From Dehalococcoidia bacterium (lineage in GTDB: Bacteria > Chloroflexota > Dehalococcoidia > Lucifugimonadales > UBA3495), in the NCBI GenBank assembly GCA_965204865.1, contig OZ242027.1, positions 3,779,986 through 3,843,985 on the forward strand: a stretch of 64,000 nt of DNA, given 5' to 3'. Positions within the stretch are counted from its first letter, which is position 1, and every line of letters begins with the position of its first letter. Under the pieces are notes generated by a model. That model searched no databases, had not been told where the DNA came from, and saw only the letters and a list, made by a program, of their open reading frames with translations. The translations under genes were made by a program, and so were the position numbers. Below are positions 17,432 through 26,391 of this stretch, piece by piece.

Positions 17432-17701
17432 CTACTTGCGCTTCATCTCAGCAGGGTCGGTGTTCTTGAAATAGTCGTAGTTCTTGGCGATGTAGTCCTG
17501 CCACTCGGCGGGAACGGAATCCTCGGCGAAGATGGCGGTGACGGGGCAAACCGGCTCGCAGGCGGCGCAGTCGATGCACTCGTCGGGGCTGATGTAATAC
17601 TGGTCGTCTTCGTCGCGGGTGTAGATGCAGTCCACCGGGCAGACATCGACACAAGCGGAGTCTTTCAGGCCAACGCAGGGCTCAGCGATGATGTAGGTCA
17701 T
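17432..17701 (-). CDS. ferredoxin (two Fe-S cluster motifs)
   Basis: CVDVCPVDCIY and CIDCAACEPVCPVTAIF. Confidence 0.9.
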   Translation of the reverse strand: MTYIIAEPCVGLKDSACVDVCPVDCIYTRDEDDQYYISPDECIDCAACEPVCPVTAIFAEDSVPAEWQDYIAKNYDYFKNTDPAEMKRK

Positions 17702-17843
17702 TGCAGTCGGCTCTCTTCAAGGAATTGGCGCCAAGCTCGCTAGACCGCTGGCGGGGCGGCAAAGCGTCCGGCACCAGCAGATTATAGCACAGCGGAAGGC
17801 GTTTGCAATAATCCGGGAGTGGCCCCAGAGCCCTTAGACCATT

Positions 17844-17881
17844 CCCTCCCCCTTGAGGGGGAGGGTTGGGGTGGGGGTGAA
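17844..17881. repeat. Family D' repeat (CCCTCCCCCTTGAGGGGGAGGGTTGGGGTGGGGGTGAA)
   Basis: Reverse orientation of the copies at 20324 and 37121; same orientation as the copy at 40717. Confidence 0.9.
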
Positions 17882-17900
17882 TCTCTGGGCGCAACCTTGC

Positions 17901-18341
17901 CTAGAGCACCAGGCCATAGGCCCGCTTCTTGATGGAGAGGTTGACGAAGGTCTGCGTGCCCTGCACGCCGTCCACCACGCCGACCTTGGTACGAAGGAAG
18001 TTGCCCAGGCTTTCCGCCGACTCCAGCCCGGCCCAAACGAAGACGTCGAAAGAGCCGGTGGTGATGGCGACGTAGTGGGCCTCTTCCATAGCGGAGATGG
18101 CGTCGGCCACAGCATCGGACTTGCCGGGGCCGGTGGAAATTCCGATGAGGGCGGTGGTGGCGTAGCCCAGCTTCTCCAGGTTGGGCACCGCGATCACCTT
18201 CACCACGTCCTCCTTGACCAGGCGCCGCAGTCGCCGCCGCACGGTGCCTTCGCTGACTCCCACCTCACGGGCAATCTTGGCGTTGGAGGCTCTTCCATCC
18301 AGTTGCAACAGGGCTATGATTTTCCGGTCCAGTTCGTCCAT
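17901..18341 (-). CDS. Lrp/AsnC family transcriptional regulator
   Basis: LDRKIIALLQLDGRASNAKIAREVGVSEGTVRRRL helix-turn-helix plus a RAM domain. Confidence 0.9.
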   Translation of the reverse strand: MDELDRKIIALLQLDGRASNAKIAREVGVSEGTVRRRLRRLVKEDVVKVIAVPNLEKLGYATTALIGISTGPGKSDAVADAISAMEEAHYVAITTGSFDVFVWAGLESAESLGNFLRTKVGVVDGVQGTQTFVNLSIKKRAYGLVL

Positions 18342-18459
18342 CGCGCTATGCTCCCTATATGCTAATATGGCATCCGCAGGCGAGGTTCAGCCACGTCCCT
18401 GTTGTCTTCCGCCGTTGGCCGGGACCGGCTCGAAGGCTGTTTACACGATGCAACATCAT

Positions 18460-18600
18460 ATTTCCCGCATTTCAGGGTGTCAATAGCGAATTTCAGCTTA
18501 TCGACGTTTATATTAGCGCATTTCGCTGGATATTGGCAGTATTGTCGTCCGATTTGGCAAATTCTCGCCGCATTTGCTCTGGATAACATTTTACATAATT
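18460..18600. promoter_or_regulatory. array of GCATTTC-containing direct repeats in the Lrp/FmdB divergent intergenic region
   Basis: gcatttcagggtgt (18467), gaatttcagcttat (18488), gcgcatttcgctggata (18517), cgcatttgctctggata (18569). The 460-bp spacer is AT-shifted. Confidence 0.3.
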
Positions 18601-18802
18601 CTTCCCGGCACCAGGGTCAGCGTTTGACAGTATGGGCCGTGGCTGATAAATTGTTTCAGTTAGCAGTCACCCCGTCCGAGTGCCAACCCTCCACCCGCCC
18701 GCTTGGCGCGGCGCAGCCCCAACCGCAGGCCGGACGCGCCGCCCAGCCGCAGCAGCGGCAATACTATGTAATGAAAAGCCAGGGAATGTCAGGAGATGAC
18801 CA

Positions 18803-19144
18803 GTGCCTCGATACGACTACCGTTGCGTTGAATGTGATAACTATTTCGAGTTGAGGCAGAGCTTCAGCGAAGCCGGCAAGGGAACCTGCCCGCAGTGTTC
18901 CGGCGAAGGCCGCCGAGTCTACCACGCCGTGCCGGTAATCTACAAGGGCAGCGGCTTCTACACCACCGACTACGGGCGCCCCAAGCCCCCCGTCGAAAAC
19001 GGCTCCGGCAAGAGCGGCAGCGAAACGTCCAAGTCCGGCAGCGACAGCAAGCCCGCCGAGACTTCCTCCGGCCCCGACAACTCAGGAAGTTCCAACGGTA
19101 GCGAGTCAGCGTCTGCCACCGCCGGGGCTGCTGCCTCCAGCTAG
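18803..19144 (+). CDS. FmdB-family zinc-ribbon protein with a Ser/Gly-rich tail
   Basis: MPRYDYRCVECDNYFE...CPQCSG CxxC pairs. GTG start. Confidence 0.8.
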   Translation: MPRYDYRCVECDNYFELRQSFSEAGKGTCPQCSGEGRRVYHAVPVIYKGSGFYTTDYGRPKPPVENGSGKSGSETSKSGSDSKPAETSSGPDNSGSSNGSESASATAGAAASS

Positions 19145-19268
19145 TTCTGTACGTCCCCGGGCTGCCCGGAGGATTCAGTCCATCCAGTGCCATCTCAGCC
19201 GGTTGCGCCATTGGGCGCACCGGCTGGTTTTCATAGTTTCCCATTCCCAGAAAAGAGTAGCATTGCCT

Positions 19269-19733
19269 ATGCGGGCGTTGGTGCAGCGGGTGTCCGAAGC
19301 CTCGGTGGAAATCGGCGGAGCGGAGGTGGCCCGCATCGGGCGCGGCCTGCTGATATTGCTGGGCGTCGCCGCTGACGACGAAGAGGCCGACGCAGAATAC
19401 CTGGCTCCGAAGATTGCCAACCTGCGCATCTTCGCCGACGATGCCAACCGCTTTAACCTCTCCGCCCTGGACGTGGACGCCGAGGTCCTGGTGGTCAGCC
19501 AGTTCACCCTCTACGCCGACACCCGCCGCGGCCGCCGCCCCGACTTCACCCGCGCCGCGCCCCCTGAACTAGCCGAGCGGATGTACAAGCACGCGGTTTC
19601 ACTTCTCCGGGAGACAGGGCTGACCGTCGCCACAGGCCAGTTCCAAGCCTATATGCAGGTCAAGTCGCAGAACGACGGCCCGGTCACCGTCCTGCTGGAC
19701 AGCGCGGACCGTCAGCGTTCCCGTTCATCGTGA
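19269..19733 (+). CDS. dtd: D-aminoacyl-tRNA deacylase
   Basis: MRALVQRVSEASVEIGG and SQFTLYADTRRGRRPDF. The last codons run into a family E repeat. Confidence 0.9.
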   Translation: MRALVQRVSEASVEIGGAEVARIGRGLLILLGVAADDEEADAEYLAPKIANLRIFADDANRFNLSALDVDAEVLVVSQFTLYADTRRGRRPDFTRAAPPELAERMYKHAVSLLRETGLTVATGQFQAYMQVKSQNDGPVTVLLDSADRQRSRSS

Positions 19734-19752
19734 GCTTGTCGAAGGATGAACG
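19721..19752. repeat. Family E repeat unit (reverse orientation)
   Basis: CCGTTCATCGTGAGCTTGTCGAAGGATGAACG. Overlaps the dtd stop codon. Confidence 0.85.
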
Positions 19753-19761
19753 ATAGACCCC

Positions 19762-20292
19762 TTAGCGGTGCCAGCCCATACCGAGGAACAGTCCCCGCAG
19801 GTAGGCAATCTGGCCACCGTGGGCCAGGTTGTCCCACATCACCTGCCCGAAGCAAGCGGCAATGGTGCGCGGCTCCGGCAGCGGCGGCAGCACGATCTCG
19901 CGGGCCAGTTCCTCCTCGCTGACCTGCGCCAGGTAGGCACGTATGGCGGCGTTGACGGCGTGGTAGTAACCCTCCAGCACCTCGCGGGACGGCGGAGTCC
20001 AAGCCGCCACCTGCTCGGCGGTCCAGCCTACGCCCCGGTCTTCAATGTCGGGCTGCACGTTGAACTTTTCCGCCCAGCCGTCCTTGGTCCATAGCTGTTC
20101 TGCATCTTGAAGGCGAAAGTGGACGAACATATCCATCACCCGGCTCAGATGCCACAGGATCCAGGCGGCGGAGTTGCACTGGTCGGCGGGTGCGCGGGTC
20201 AGCATCTCGTCGTCCATGCCTGCCAGCGCGGATTCAATCATGTCCCAGTTGCGTTCCAGGCAGTGGCTGATGGGATCGGTGGTGCGTGCCAT
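19762..20292 (-). CDS. DinB family protein
   Basis: AAWILWHLSRVMD and DNLAHGGQIAYLRG four-helix DinB pattern. The start is taken at MARTTD; the ORF's N-terminal extension is repeat-derived. Confidence 0.75.
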   Translation of the reverse strand: MARTTDPISHCLERNWDMIESALAGMDDEMLTRAPADQCNSAAWILWHLSRVMDMFVHFRLQDAEQLWTKDGWAEKFNVQPDIEDRGVGWTAEQVAAWTPPSREVLEGYYHAVNAAIRAYLAQVSEEELAREIVLPPLPEPRTIAACFGQVMWDNLAHGGQIAYLRGLFLGMGWHR

Positions 20293-20323
20293 AGTTCCCC
20301 CATTCGAGTTTTCCGGCGGAGGA

Positions 20324-20361
20324 TTCACCCCCACCCTAACCCTCCCCTTCAAGGGGAGGGG
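20324..20361. repeat. Family D' repeat
   Basis: TTCACCCCCACCCTAACCCTCCCCTTCAAGGGGAGGGG, between the nadC stop and the DinB start. Confidence 0.9.
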
Positions 20362-20362
20362 A

Positions 20363-21220
20363 CTATTGCTCAAATTCCAGGTCGAGGCTGATGTCCAGGG
20401 CGGATAGTGAGTGGGTCAGTTCGCCGATGGATATGAGGTGGACGCCGGTCTCGGCCACGGCGCGGACGGTGTCGAAGTTGATGCCGCCGGACGCCTCCAC
20501 CACGGCCTGGTCGCCGATGAAACCCATGGCCTCACGCATCATGTCCACCGGCATATTGTCCAGCATGATGATGTGGGCGCCGACGTCCAGCGCCTCGCGG
20601 GCGGCTTCCAGCGATTCGACTTCAACCTCGACGCGGATGGTGTGGGACGCCCGTTGCAGGGCCAGTTCAATGACCTGCCGCAGCCCCATCTCCCGGAAGC
20701 GGTTGGCCTCGATGTGGTTGTCCTTGATCAGTATGCCGTCGGCCAGGTTGTAGCGGTGGTTGTAGCCGCCTCCGGCTCGCACGGCGTACTTGTCGAGGTA
20801 GCGGTGCCCCGGCGCGGTCTTGCGGGTGTCCACGATGCGGGAGCGAGTGCCCTCAACAGCGCGGACGTAGCGGTTGGTCAGGCTGGCGATGCCGCTCATG
20901 CGCTGCATGAAGTTGAGGGCGATGCGCTCGGCCTGCAGGATGCCCGCCGCCGGGCCGGCCACGCGGGCGATGCCGTCGCCGGGCGACAGCGCCGCGCCGT
21001 CGGACAGCAGAGCCTCCAGCTCCAGATCCGGCTCGACCCGCCGGAACACGGCCAGCCCCACCTCGACCCCAGCCAGCACGCCGTGGGCCTTGGCCCGCAG
21101 CATACCGACGCCGCGAATCTCCGGCGGCACCACCGCGGCGGTGGTGGGGTCGTTGAAGGTCTGGTCCTCGGCGATGGCCGCGTCAATCAGGGCGTAGACT
21201 TCGGGGGGGAATTGGGGCAA
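20363..21220 (-). CDS. nadC: nicotinate-nucleotide (quinolinate) pyrophosphorylase
   Basis: RIALNFMQRMSGIA, TRKTAPG, and IKDNHI motifs. Confidence 0.95.
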   Translation of the reverse strand: MPQFPPEVYALIDAAIAEDQTFNDPTTAAVVPPEIRGVGMLRAKAHGVLAGVEVGLAVFRRVEPDLELEALLSDGAALSPGDGIARVAGPAAGILQAERIALNFMQRMSGIASLTNRYVRAVEGTRSRIVDTRKTAPGHRYLDKYAVRAGGGYNHRYNLADGILIKDNHIEANRFREMGLRQVIELALQRASHTIRVEVEVESLEAAREALDVGAHIIMLDNMPVDMMREAMGFIGDQAVVEASGGINFDTVRAVAETGVHLISIGELTHSLSALDISLDLEFEQ

Positions 21221-21248
21221 GGGTGACCTCCTGACGTATGTCCGGCTA

Positions 21249-21653
21249 CTACGCTCCCACTAGCCTGTTGAGGTTGGGAAAGTAAGTCTGGTAAAACCCG
21301 TCATCTCGCGTGAGAAATAAGTCGGCTGCCAAGAGCGCATGGGCGCCAATCAGAAAATCAGCAAGAATCCGGTTTCGACTCCCCCCTGCCCGGCGATACC
21401 GGGACCAACGAAGCCCCGCCTCATAGGCAGCATTATTATCTATTGGAGAGACAGTCAATTCCAACCTGTCCAGAGTGGCGTCAAGAGCCGCTCGACTCTC
21501 GAAACCATGAACCAACTCAGCGTAGACCACGTTGCAAATTACAATCGCACCCTGTTTACGTGCTTCCTGTAACCGCTCCAGCGAAAGCGGTCCATGACTA
21601 GGGTCGGCTAGGAAGATGTCTACCAGAACGTTTGTATCTGCGGCAGTGATCAA
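21249..21653 (-). CDS. vapC: PIN-domain toxin VapC
   Basis: ITAADTNVLVDIF. The TTG start overlaps the vapB stop (TTGA). Low-GC islet. Confidence 0.85.
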   Translation of the reverse strand: MITAADTNVLVDIFLADPSHGPLSLERLQEARKQGAIVICNVVYAELVHGFESRAALDATLDRLELTVSPIDNNAAYEAGLRWSRYRRAGGSRNRILADFLIGAHALLAADLFLTRDDGFYQTYFPNLNRLVGA

Positions 21654-21871
21654 CGTCTGCGCACTTCTTCCATGTAGTCGTCCGTATTCCTGCCGGTTCC
21701 CCAGATACCATACACCTGTTCAACGGGGTCCTTTTCAACCGGCAGCTTGCGTATGAGCAACCCTCTGGCCGTCACAGTAATGTCCACTTCGTCATTGGGG
21801 CGCATTCCGAAGTGGGCCAACAATTCCTCGGGGATTGTGATTTGTCGGCTCTTTGAGATTCTTACACTCAC
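21650..21871 (-). CDS. vapB: AbrB/MazE/SpoVT-family antitoxin VapB
   Basis: VSVRISKSRQITIPEELLAHFGMRPNDEVDITV. GTG start at 21871. The longer ORF that reaches into nadA was rejected. Confidence 0.75.
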   Translation of the reverse strand: MSVRISKSRQITIPEELLAHFGMRPNDEVDITVTARGLLIRKLPVEKDPVEQVYGIWGTGRNTDDYMEEVRRR

Positions 21872-21891
21872 CTTCTTACTCCCCTCAGCCC

Positions 21892-23094
21892 TTACCACAG
21901 CGCCAGCATCCGGTCCAACGCCACCAGCGCCTCCCGCTGGATGTCCTCCGGCACCGTAATCTCGTTCCTCACCCGCCCTTCCAGCAGCTCTTCCATCACC
22001 CACAGCACGTAGGCCGGGTGGATGCGGTACATCGTGGAGCAGGGGCAGGTCACCGGGTCGAGGCAGAACACCGTCTTGTCGGGGTTGTTCAGGGCCAGGC
22101 GGTTGACCAGGCTGATCTCGGTGCCTACCGCCCATACGCTGCCCGCCGGAGCGTTATTTATCCGGTTGCGGATGAACTCGGTGGAGCCAACCAGGTCGGC
22201 GGCCTGCACCGTCTCCATCACGCACTCGGGATGCACCAGCACGTTGACGTCCGGGAAGCGCTGGCGGGCCAGCTCAATCTGCTTGACAGTGAAGCGGGTG
22301 TGAACCGAGCAGTGACCCTGCCATAGCACCATCTTCGCCCGGCGCAGTTGCTCCGGCGTGTTGCCGCCCATGTTGCGGAAGGGGTTCCATACCACCATTT
22401 CGTCCAGCGGCACGCCCAGCTTCAGCGCCGTGTTGCGGCCCAGGTGCTGGTCGGGCAGGAAGAACACCCGCTTGCCCTGCTCGAAGGCCCACTTCAGCAC
22501 GGCGTCGGCGTTGGACGAGGTGCAGACGGCCCCGTCGTTACGCCCGCACAGGGCCTTGATGCCGGCGATGGAGTTCATATAGGTGACCGGCACGATTTCG
22601 CCCGGGCCCAGGACTTCCATCAGGTCGTCCCAGGCGTCCTCCACGTCGTCCATCGGGGCCATGTCGGCCATGGAGCAGCCGGCGGTGATGTTGGGCAGGA
22701 TTACCCGCTGGTGTTCCGCCGCCAGCACGCAGGCAGTCTCGGCCATGAAGTGGACGCCGCAGAAGATGATGTAGTCGGCATCGGGCTTGCTGGCCGCCTG
22801 CTGCGAAAGCAGGAAGGAGTCGCCCTGGAAGTCGGCGTACTTGATGACCTCTTCGCGCTGATAGTGGTGGCCCAGCACCGTCACCGAGCTGCCCAGCTTC
22901 CGGCGGGCGTCGTGGATGCGGGCGTCCAGTTCGTCGGCTGTGTAGTGGAGGTACTCGGTGGGAATCTGTTGCCAGCGGACATTTACAGACAGTTCTTCGG
23001 CCAGGGGCTTGGCGGGCAGTTCGTCTTCCGTCTTGCAGAAGGCCGAGTGTTCCAACTCGGTGATAGGTACGATGGGACGGCGACGGGTTGTCAT
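21892..23094 (-). CDS. nadA: quinolinate synthase NadA
   Basis: VLGHHYQREEVIKYADFQGDSFLLS, FCGVHFMAE, and CSMA motifs. Confidence 0.95.
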   Translation of the reverse strand: MTTRRRPIVPITELEHSAFCKTEDELPAKPLAEELSVNVRWQQIPTEYLHYTADELDARIHDARRKLGSSVTVLGHHYQREEVIKYADFQGDSFLLSQQAASKPDADYIIFCGVHFMAETACVLAAEHQRVILPNITAGCSMADMAPMDDVEDAWDDLMEVLGPGEIVPVTYMNSIAGIKALCGRNDGAVCTSSNADAVLKWAFEQGKRVFFLPDQHLGRNTALKLGVPLDEMVVWNPFRNMGGNTPEQLRRAKMVLWQGHCSVHTRFTVKQIELARQRFPDVNVLVHPECVMETVQAADLVGSTEFIRNRINNAPAGSVWAVGTEISLVNRLALNNPDKTVFCLDPVTCPCSTMYRIHPAYVLWVMEELLEGRVRNEITVPEDIQREALVALDRMLALW

Positions 23095-23170
23095 TTTCCA
23101 TTCCCTCTCAATGGGAATGCGGAGCGGGGTCTCGGTTCACCTCACTGCCCTTTCCCTCGCTCCGCAATCC

Positions 23171-24475
23171 TCATTCTATTTCGGTTGGCCTTGCTTGCAG
23201 CGACCACGGCCCGGCGCGTTCGACTTTAACGTTGACCAACTGGCCCAGCCGGTCGCCGTCGTCTTCTGCTATAGGGAAGAACACCAGCTTGTTGGAACGG
23301 GTGCGGCCCTGCCACTTGCCCTTGTTCCTGGCCTCGACCAGTACCTCGAACTCGCTGCCCACCAGTTCGGCGTTGATCTCGGTGAGGATGCTCTCTTGCA
23401 GGGCGTCCACCCGCTCGCGGCGGCTGACTTTCTCCTCTTGGGGTATGTCGTCCTCCATGGTGCGGTCTGCTATGGTTCCCGGGCGGGTGGAGTAGGCGGC
23501 GCAATGCACCTTGTCCATCCGCAGTTGCTCCACCAGCTCCAGGGTGCGCTGGAACTGCGTTTCGGTCTCGCCAGGAAACCCCACGATGATGTCGGTGCTG
23601 AGCGACGCGCCCGGCACGGTGCCGCGGATTTCCTCCACCAGCGAGATGTATTCGGCGCGGGTGTAGTTGCGGCGCATACGGGCCAGCACCTCGTCGTCTC
23701 CAGCCTGCACCGGCAGGTTGATGTGCTCGCACACCTTGGGCAGCCCGGCCACGGCCCCGATGATGTTGCGGCTCATATAGTTGGGGTGCGAGGTCAGGAA
23801 CCGGATGCGGTCGAGACCGTCCACGTCGTTCAGCCGAGTTAACAGCGTGGCCAGGTCGGGGCGCCCGCCATCGTCATCAGGCAGATCGTGGCCGTAGGCG
23901 TCCACCGTCTGCCCCAGCACCGTGACTTCCTTCACGCCCCGCGACACCAGCAGCTCCACCTCCCGCGCCACCTCATCCACCGGACGGCTGACCTGGCGGC
24001 CCCGGCGGTAAGGGATGATGCAGAAGGTGCACATCAGGTCGCAGCCGTGGATGATGGGGACGTGGCAGGCAACGTCGGGCCGGGTGGGCGCCAAGTTACC
24101 GACACAGCCCTCCCAGTCGAGGCTCAGCCGCTGGCCCACCAGGTCCAGCAACGGCTCGAACTGCTGCGGGCGCATGAATACGTCAACATAGGGGAAGCGG
24201 CGGGCCAGTTGGTCCGACTTCGGCCCCACCATGCAGCCCATCAACGCGATGACCCGGTCGGGGTCCTGCTTCTTCAGCCGCGACACGGCGCCGAGGTTGC
24301 CGACCACCTTGTCCTCTGCCGACTGCCGCACCACACAGGAATTGAGGACCACCACGTCGGCGTCCTTTGCGTTCCCGGCCGACTCCAAGCCCATCTGCTC
24401 CAGCGCGGAGGCGAGACGCTCGGAGTCTGCCGTGTTCATCTGGCAGCCGATGGTCCAGATGTGATAGCTGTTCAT
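23171..24475 (-). CDS. miaB: tRNA (N6-isopentenyl adenosine(37)-C2)-methylthiotransferase MiaB
   Basis: YHIWTIGCQMNTADSERL, radical-SAM CDLMCTFCIIP, and a TRAM C-terminus. The start is taken at MNSYHIW. Confidence 0.9.
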   Translation of the reverse strand: MNSYHIWTIGCQMNTADSERLASALEQMGLESAGNAKDADVVVLNSCVVRQSAEDKVVGNLGAVSRLKKQDPDRVIALMGCMVGPKSDQLARRFPYVDVFMRPQQFEPLLDLVGQRLSLDWEGCVGNLAPTRPDVACHVPIIHGCDLMCTFCIIPYRRGRQVSRPVDEVAREVELLVSRGVKEVTVLGQTVDAYGHDLPDDDGGRPDLATLLTRLNDVDGLDRIRFLTSHPNYMSRNIIGAVAGLPKVCEHINLPVQAGDDEVLARMRRNYTRAEYISLVEEIRGTVPGASLSTDIIVGFPGETETQFQRTLELVEQLRMDKVHCAAYSTRPGTIADRTMEDDIPQEEKVSRRERVDALQESILTEINAELVGSEFEVLVEARNKGKWQGRTRSNKLVFFPIAEDDGDRLGQLVNVKVERAGPWSLQARPTEIE

Positions 24476-24651
24476 AATAGCGATAGCGGCGAGTCCGTCG
24501 GGATAAAGATAAAGGCAGCGGCGACCGGAAACAACGTAAAATGCCACTGTCGCGACTATCGTCAAACGGCAGGTTCGACGCCTCACCACGATGAAACGAT
24601 TGTATAGGGCGCTGTGGTGGATAGCAAGCCCGTCCGGTTCAAAGAGTAATT

Positions 24652-24746
24652 GTCTGAACTGTGATTTATTTGATTTTGATGATTGGTATGATTTTTGATC
24701 CGAGAATCACGGCAATCAAATGAATCAGGCGAATCACAGTTCAGAC
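24652..24746. repeat. Family C MITE-like element, copy C2
   Basis: GTCTGAACTGTGATT...AATCACAGTTCAGAC. Flanked by AATT on both sides, the only clean candidate target-site duplication. Confidence 0.85.
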
Positions 24747-24861
24747 AATTACGCCGAGAATCGAAAGTCCCTGCCAACAGGGCGTAGCGATATTCCGTTT
24801 CGGGCAGCGGAAGCGGATAATAGGAAACCGATTCAACCGGATACCGGAGCGACAGAACATC

Positions 24862-25581
24862 ATGCGCAGTAAGGACGAAGTGCGCGAGGCGGTGTGGTCG
24901 GCGATGGAAGAAGCCCGCGCCGCCCATACCCGCAAGCTGCACGACAAGATACCGCACTTCCGGGGGTGCGAGGCCGCCGCCCAGCGGGTGAGCGAGCTGG
25001 AAGCGTGGCAGAAGGCCCGCGTAATCAAGGGCAACCCCGACAAGGCGCAGCGGCCCCTGCGCCAACTGGCGCTGGAACAGGGCAAGACGCTGTACATGGC
25101 CGTGCCGCGCCTGCGCCAGGAGCAGTGCTTCGTGGAGCTGGATCCGACGGTTATGGGCGCGTCGCCCGCCGAGGCTTCCACCATCTCCGGCGCCTTCCGC
25201 TGGGGCCGGCCAGTGTACGTGGAGGAGATGCGGCCAGTGGAACTGGTCATCTCCGGCTCGGTGGCGGTGAACCGCATGGGAACGCGGGTGGGCAAGGGCG
25301 GCGGGTTCGCCGATTTGGAGTACGGCCTGGCCATCGCCGCCGGGGTGGTGTCGCCGGAAACGCCGGTGGTCAGCACGGTGCATCCGATGCAGGTGCTGGA
25401 AGATGAGCTGCCTTACACCCGCCACGACGTGTTCCTGGACTACGTGGTCACCGCCGACGAAATCATCGAGTGCGACGGCGATATGCCGCGACCGTCGGGG
25501 ATTTACTGGGATGATTTGACGCCTGCCAAGATACGGCAGATTCCGCTGCTGAAGAAGCTGCAAGAGCGGGAAACGAGTTAA
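24862..25581 (+). CDS. 5-formyltetrahydrofolate cyclo-ligase family protein
   Basis: KARVIKGNPDKAQRPLR, LYMAVPRL, and GTRVGKGGGFADLEY (GxGGGYYD-like). Confidence 0.65.
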   Translation: MRSKDEVREAVWSAMEEARAAHTRKLHDKIPHFRGCEAAAQRVSELEAWQKARVIKGNPDKAQRPLRQLALEQGKTLYMAVPRLRQEQCFVELDPTVMGASPAEASTISGAFRWGRPVYVEEMRPVELVISGSVAVNRMGTRVGKGGGFADLEYGLAIAAGVVSPETPVVSTVHPMQVLEDELPYTRHDVFLDYVVTADEIIECDGDMPRPSGIYWDDLTPAKIRQIPLLKKLQERETS

Positions 25582-25614
25582 ACGCCGAGAGCGCAGAGAA
25601 CGCCGAGTTTTCAT

Positions 25615-26370
25615 TTACGGCGTAGCCGCACTCGCGCCAATCGTCCTGAGCTTTGGGATAACCAGCCACAGGCCGACGAGTATCAGCCAGATGAGGAAGG
25701 CGATGCCGGTGATGCGGTGTACGACGGTGGCGGCGTCCAGCCAGATAAAGAGCATCGCCACGCCCAGCACCGCGTCCACGACAGCGGTGACGCGCAGGAT
25801 GCCTCCCATCCGCCACTGAACCGGAGCGAGAGCAACAAGGGCCAAGCCCGCGAGGGTGAAGCCCAGCGACCCGGCGACCCAGCGGATGGCGAACAGGGAC
25901 TCCTCGGCTCCGAGGTCCTGAACTATTCCGAGAGTGTACACGCGGGTTGCCTGTGGTTCCGGCGCCATCACGGCCAACGCGACGGCGGCTGCGCCGGATA
26001 CTGCCGAGGCGATTCCTGATGCAGCCAGCAACAACGCGGCTATGCCCATGGCGGCAGGGTGGTACATTCTCATAGCCCGCCACAGGTAGAGGCCCGCAAC
26101 CAGCAGCATCACTCCGCCTGCCAGCCGGGCGGCCCCGCCGACGCCGTAGGCGTTGCTGGCTCCGCCGATGGCCGACAGCTTCTCCGACATCTCAAGACGG
26201 GCGATTTCCGCTGCGTCCAGGCTCGTCCTTTGGGCGAGGGAATCCGTGAGCGGCGTGGCGTCGGCGTCAGCCATCAAGCGCGCCGGGACGGATATGGCAG
26301 TTGCCAGAGCAGTCAGCAGAAGGAAAGTTCCGGCAGTGCGGTAATCGGGTATCAGCGCAGATATGGACAT
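25615..26370 (-). CDS. multi-pass membrane protein, unknown function
   Basis: Several hydrophobic spans (e.g. FLLLTALATAISV, GVMLLVAGLYLW, IAFLIWLILVGLWLV). Confidence 0.6.
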   Translation of the reverse strand: MSISALIPDYRTAGTFLLLTALATAISVPARLMADADATPLTDSLAQRTSLDAAEIARLEMSEKLSAIGGASNAYGVGGAARLAGGVMLLVAGLYLWRAMRMYHPAAMGIAALLLAASGIASAVSGAAAVALAVMAPEPQATRVYTLGIVQDLGAEESLFAIRWVAGSLGFTLAGLALVALAPVQWRMGGILRVTAVVDAVLGVAMLFIWLDAATVVHRITGIAFLIWLILVGLWLVIPKLRTIGASAATP

Positions 26371-26391
26371 TTGGAATGGAGCGGCCCGGCG

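Noticed and set aside
18342-18802. Replication origin. One TTATCCAGA site (reverse complement of CTCTGGATAA, 8/9 match to the DnaA box) lies in an AT-shifted spacer.
   Set aside because: A single near-match is expected by chance. There is no cluster of DnaA boxes, no clear DUE, and no dnaA or dnaN nearby.
23095-23170. NAD+ (nadA-motif) riboswitch upstream of nadA. A hairpin TGCGGAGCG...CGCTCCGCA is present at 23118..23166.
   Set aside because: I cannot match it to the tandem-domain nadA motif from memory, and the spacer is only 76 nt. It may simply be the miaB terminator or stabiliser. It needs a covariance-model scan.
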